A DNA stretch of 64,000 bases, taken from Candidatus Moraniibacteriota bacterium. GTDB lineage: Bacteria > Patescibacteriota > Minisyncoccia > Moranbacterales > GCA-2747515. Every line of letters starts with the position of its first letter. The first letter of the stretch is position 1. Shown in pieces: positions 62,042 through 64,000 of this stretch. A program made the translations under genes and the position numbers. The stretch is taken from contig JALVQA010000014.1 of the NCBI GenBank assembly GCA_027031495.1, positions 849 through 64,848 of the forward strand, read 5' to 3'. The notes beneath the pieces are model-generated. The model was not told the DNA's origin. It saw nothing but the letters and a program-made list of their open reading frames with translations, and made no database searches.

Positions 62042-62439
62042 CGTGCAATACGCTCCGGCGAAAACGTGCGTAGCGCACGCCTCTGCTCGCGATAGTCCGG
62101 CATACGATGCTCTACCAATCGCCAGAAAGCTGCAGAGTGATTCATCTCAGTCAGGTGGCACAGTTCGTGTATAATCACGTAATCACGCACACGCGGCGGT
62201 AAAAACAAAAGGCCGTAGTGAAAATTAAGATTACCACGCGATGAACAACTTCCCCATCGCGTGCATGTATTGCGAATAGCAATGCGTCCATATGTTATAT
62301 CACAGCGACGTGCAAGCGTAGAAACGCGCTGGATGATCACCTTGCGCGCCTGTGCTTTGTACTTTCTATAGTGAGCATCTGATGTGCTGTTTGGACGACG
62401 TCGCTTTCTTGTGGTTTGCTTTTTTATAATCCACCACAT
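62023..62439 (-). CDS. YgjP/DUF45-like zinc metallopeptidase-family protein
   Basis: RWGSCS..NLNF, DYVIIHELCHL..NHS..FW. Confidence 0.9.
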   Translation of the reverse strand: MWWIIKKQTTRKRRRPNSTSDAHYRKYKAQARKVIIQRVSTLARRCDITYGRIAIRNTCTRWGSCSSRGNLNFHYGLLFLPPRVRDYVIIHELCHLTEMNHSAAFWRLVEHRMPDYREQRRALRTFSPERIARCHKPQ

Positions 62440-62445
62440 AGGGTT

Positions 62446-64000
62446 CTATCTTTCGTGCATTTTATCTTCTATGCAAAGACGCACAAGACGTAACTGTGTA
62501 TACGTGTATTTCCCGCGCATCGCACGGTACACTGGCGAGAGTTTTGTTGTTGCGCGAGCAGTGAAAGCATCTGTAATCTCTCGCAGAACACCTTCGTCAA
62601 TGCTCTCAGCAATGTAGGAAAGATCTAGTGTTGGCTCCTTGTCGCGTATTTTTTCAATGTGACTGATAATCGTTTCCACTGTCATACCGCGATGCGCGGC
62701 AATCTCTTCCACCGCCACTTTTTGCATAACAAGTTCGCGTGTAATATCACATGTTGACTTCTTGCGTAATGCGCACACACGCATCAAAAATGCTTGTTGC
62801 GCATCCGTCAACGTGCCATTTTCTTCTTGTTCATAGAGCCATGCTTCCGTCTCCTCGGCACGCCCACGCATGGCAGCGTCAAGTTCTCGTACACGCTCAT
62901 CAATCATGAGTGCTGTATCATTAAGACCGATTAGTGAAAGAGTTTTGAGCGATCGTACACGTGAGAGCGCAACATATCCCATACCGGAAACAAACGACTT
63001 TGATAAATCAACAACAGCGGCATCCAATGTCATACCCTGACTCTTATGTACTGTAATTGCCCATGCCAGGCGAAGAGGAATTTGTCGCACGCTTGCAAGC
63101 GGTACGCCATCATCCTCAATGCTCCACGTTACCGGCTCGGCAACAATCTCATCACCACTGTATGCCTTTACGATCGGCAAACCTTTTTCTGTAAAGGCAA
63201 TAACTGTACCAAGTGTACCGTTCGCATACCCGGCGTCAAAGTTATTTTTCACAAACATTACAACTGCACCAACGCGCACGACAAGCTCCTCTGGCGCAAG
63301 ACATGAGCGACGTAGCGTGTGTACAAGATTTTCCTTTCCTTCCTGCGTCATTATATAGCGCCGCCCTTCTGTCTCAAGCGTTTGTAAATACTCATTATTA
63401 AGACGATCAACATCAATGTTATGCGTGTACAGACGTGTCGGCACCGTCGCGCCATCAAGCGGCGCACCGATGCGTTGCCGCAAGATACGATAGAGATCCT
63501 CGTTTACCGCGCCCTCACGCAGCGCATTGAGTATATCTGTAAGTGCGTCGTCATCGTGACGATGTTGTGTGCTTAAGTAGCACACATGCACATCAGCGTT
63601 TTTCCACGCCTCCGACTCTGCTGCAAAAAACGGGTCATCATAGGAAAAATCCTCCCCCTCTTTTGGACGACGTGTTGCAACTGGCGGCAATTGAAAAAAG
63701 TCACCACAAAAAATTACTTGCATGCCACCAAACGGCTTGTCACTTTCCTTAAATGCGCGACAAACACGGTCAACCATATCAATGACATGTGCAGCAAGCA
63801 TTGAAACCTCGTCAATAATGAGAATTTGGGTGTTACGCATTCTCTTTTTGAGCTGTTGGCGCGATAGAAGTACATCAATATCTTTCTGCGTCAGGTCATC
63901 TTTAATGCCAATACCACTCCACGCATGAATCGTCATACCATTGATATGTGTTGCTGCAATGCCTGTTGACGCTGTAACCCCGACGCCGATTTCATGTTCA
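62446..64000 (-). CDS. PIF1-family helicase with C-terminal HTH domain, 5' partial
   Basis: Frame stays open to the window end (VTASTGIAATHINGMTIH); IIDEVSM, GDFFQLPPV, LAWAITVHKSQGMTLD, YVALSR. Confidence 0.93.
   Translation of the reverse strand, partial: EHEIGVGVTASTGIAATHINGMTIHAWSGIGIKDDLTQKDIDVLLSRQQLKKRMRNTQILIIDEVSMLAAHVIDMVDRVCRAFKESDKPFGGMQVIFCGDFFQLPPVATRRPKEGEDFSYDDPFFAAESEAWKNADVHVCYLSTQHRHDDDALTDILNALREGAVNEDLYRILRQRIGAPLDGATVPTRLYTHNIDVDRLNNEYLQTLETEGRRYIMTQEGKENLVHTLRRSCLAPEELVVRVGAVVMFVKNNFDAGYANGTLGTVIAFTEKGLPIVKAYSGDEIVAEPVTWSIEDDGVPLASVRQIPLRLAWAITVHKSQGMTLDAAVVDLSKSFVSGMGYVALSRVRSLKTLSLIGLNDTALMIDERVRELDAAMRGRAEETEAWLYEQEENGTLTDAQQAFLMRVCALRKKSTCDITRELVMQKVAVEEIAAHRGMTVETIISHIEKIRDKEPTLDLSYIAESIDEGVLREITDAFTARATTKLSPVYRAMRGKYTYTQLRLVRLCIEDKMHER

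Overview
The window looks like chromosome from a small-genome Patescibacteria/CPR bacterium (Parcubacteria-like; inferred from gene content, AT-rich SD-less starts on many core genes, and CPR-typical hypothetical families). Core genes: rpoB-rpoC, valS, tsaD, gyrA, pyk, trmB, ychF, pgi, trpS, rnj, secG, holB, a sugar-nucleotide cluster, two GT4 glycosyltransferases, a PIF1-like helicase cut by the window edge, and four tRNAs (Arg-UCU, Ile-GAU, Ala-UGC, Leu-CAG). No CRISPR array, rRNA, transposase or integrase was seen. Main signals: (1) eight dispersed accessory ORFs share a cassette layout of sigma70 promoter, boxA-like motif, strong SD and usually a terminator, which most core genes checked lack; (2) a three-member paralog family of unknown, possibly degenerate Nudix-like, proteins; (3) a 2708-bp integrase-free islet bounded by a duplicated glycosyltransferase 3' end; (4) a 1080-aa protein joining an amidoligase-like domain to 29-aa repeats with a hypervariable window; (5) a G/C strand-bias switch near 21 kb with a dif-like site at 17870; (6) structured RNA candidates upstream of rpoB and in the rpoC to tRNA-Arg island. 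Family calls come from motif recognition by eye, not database searches.
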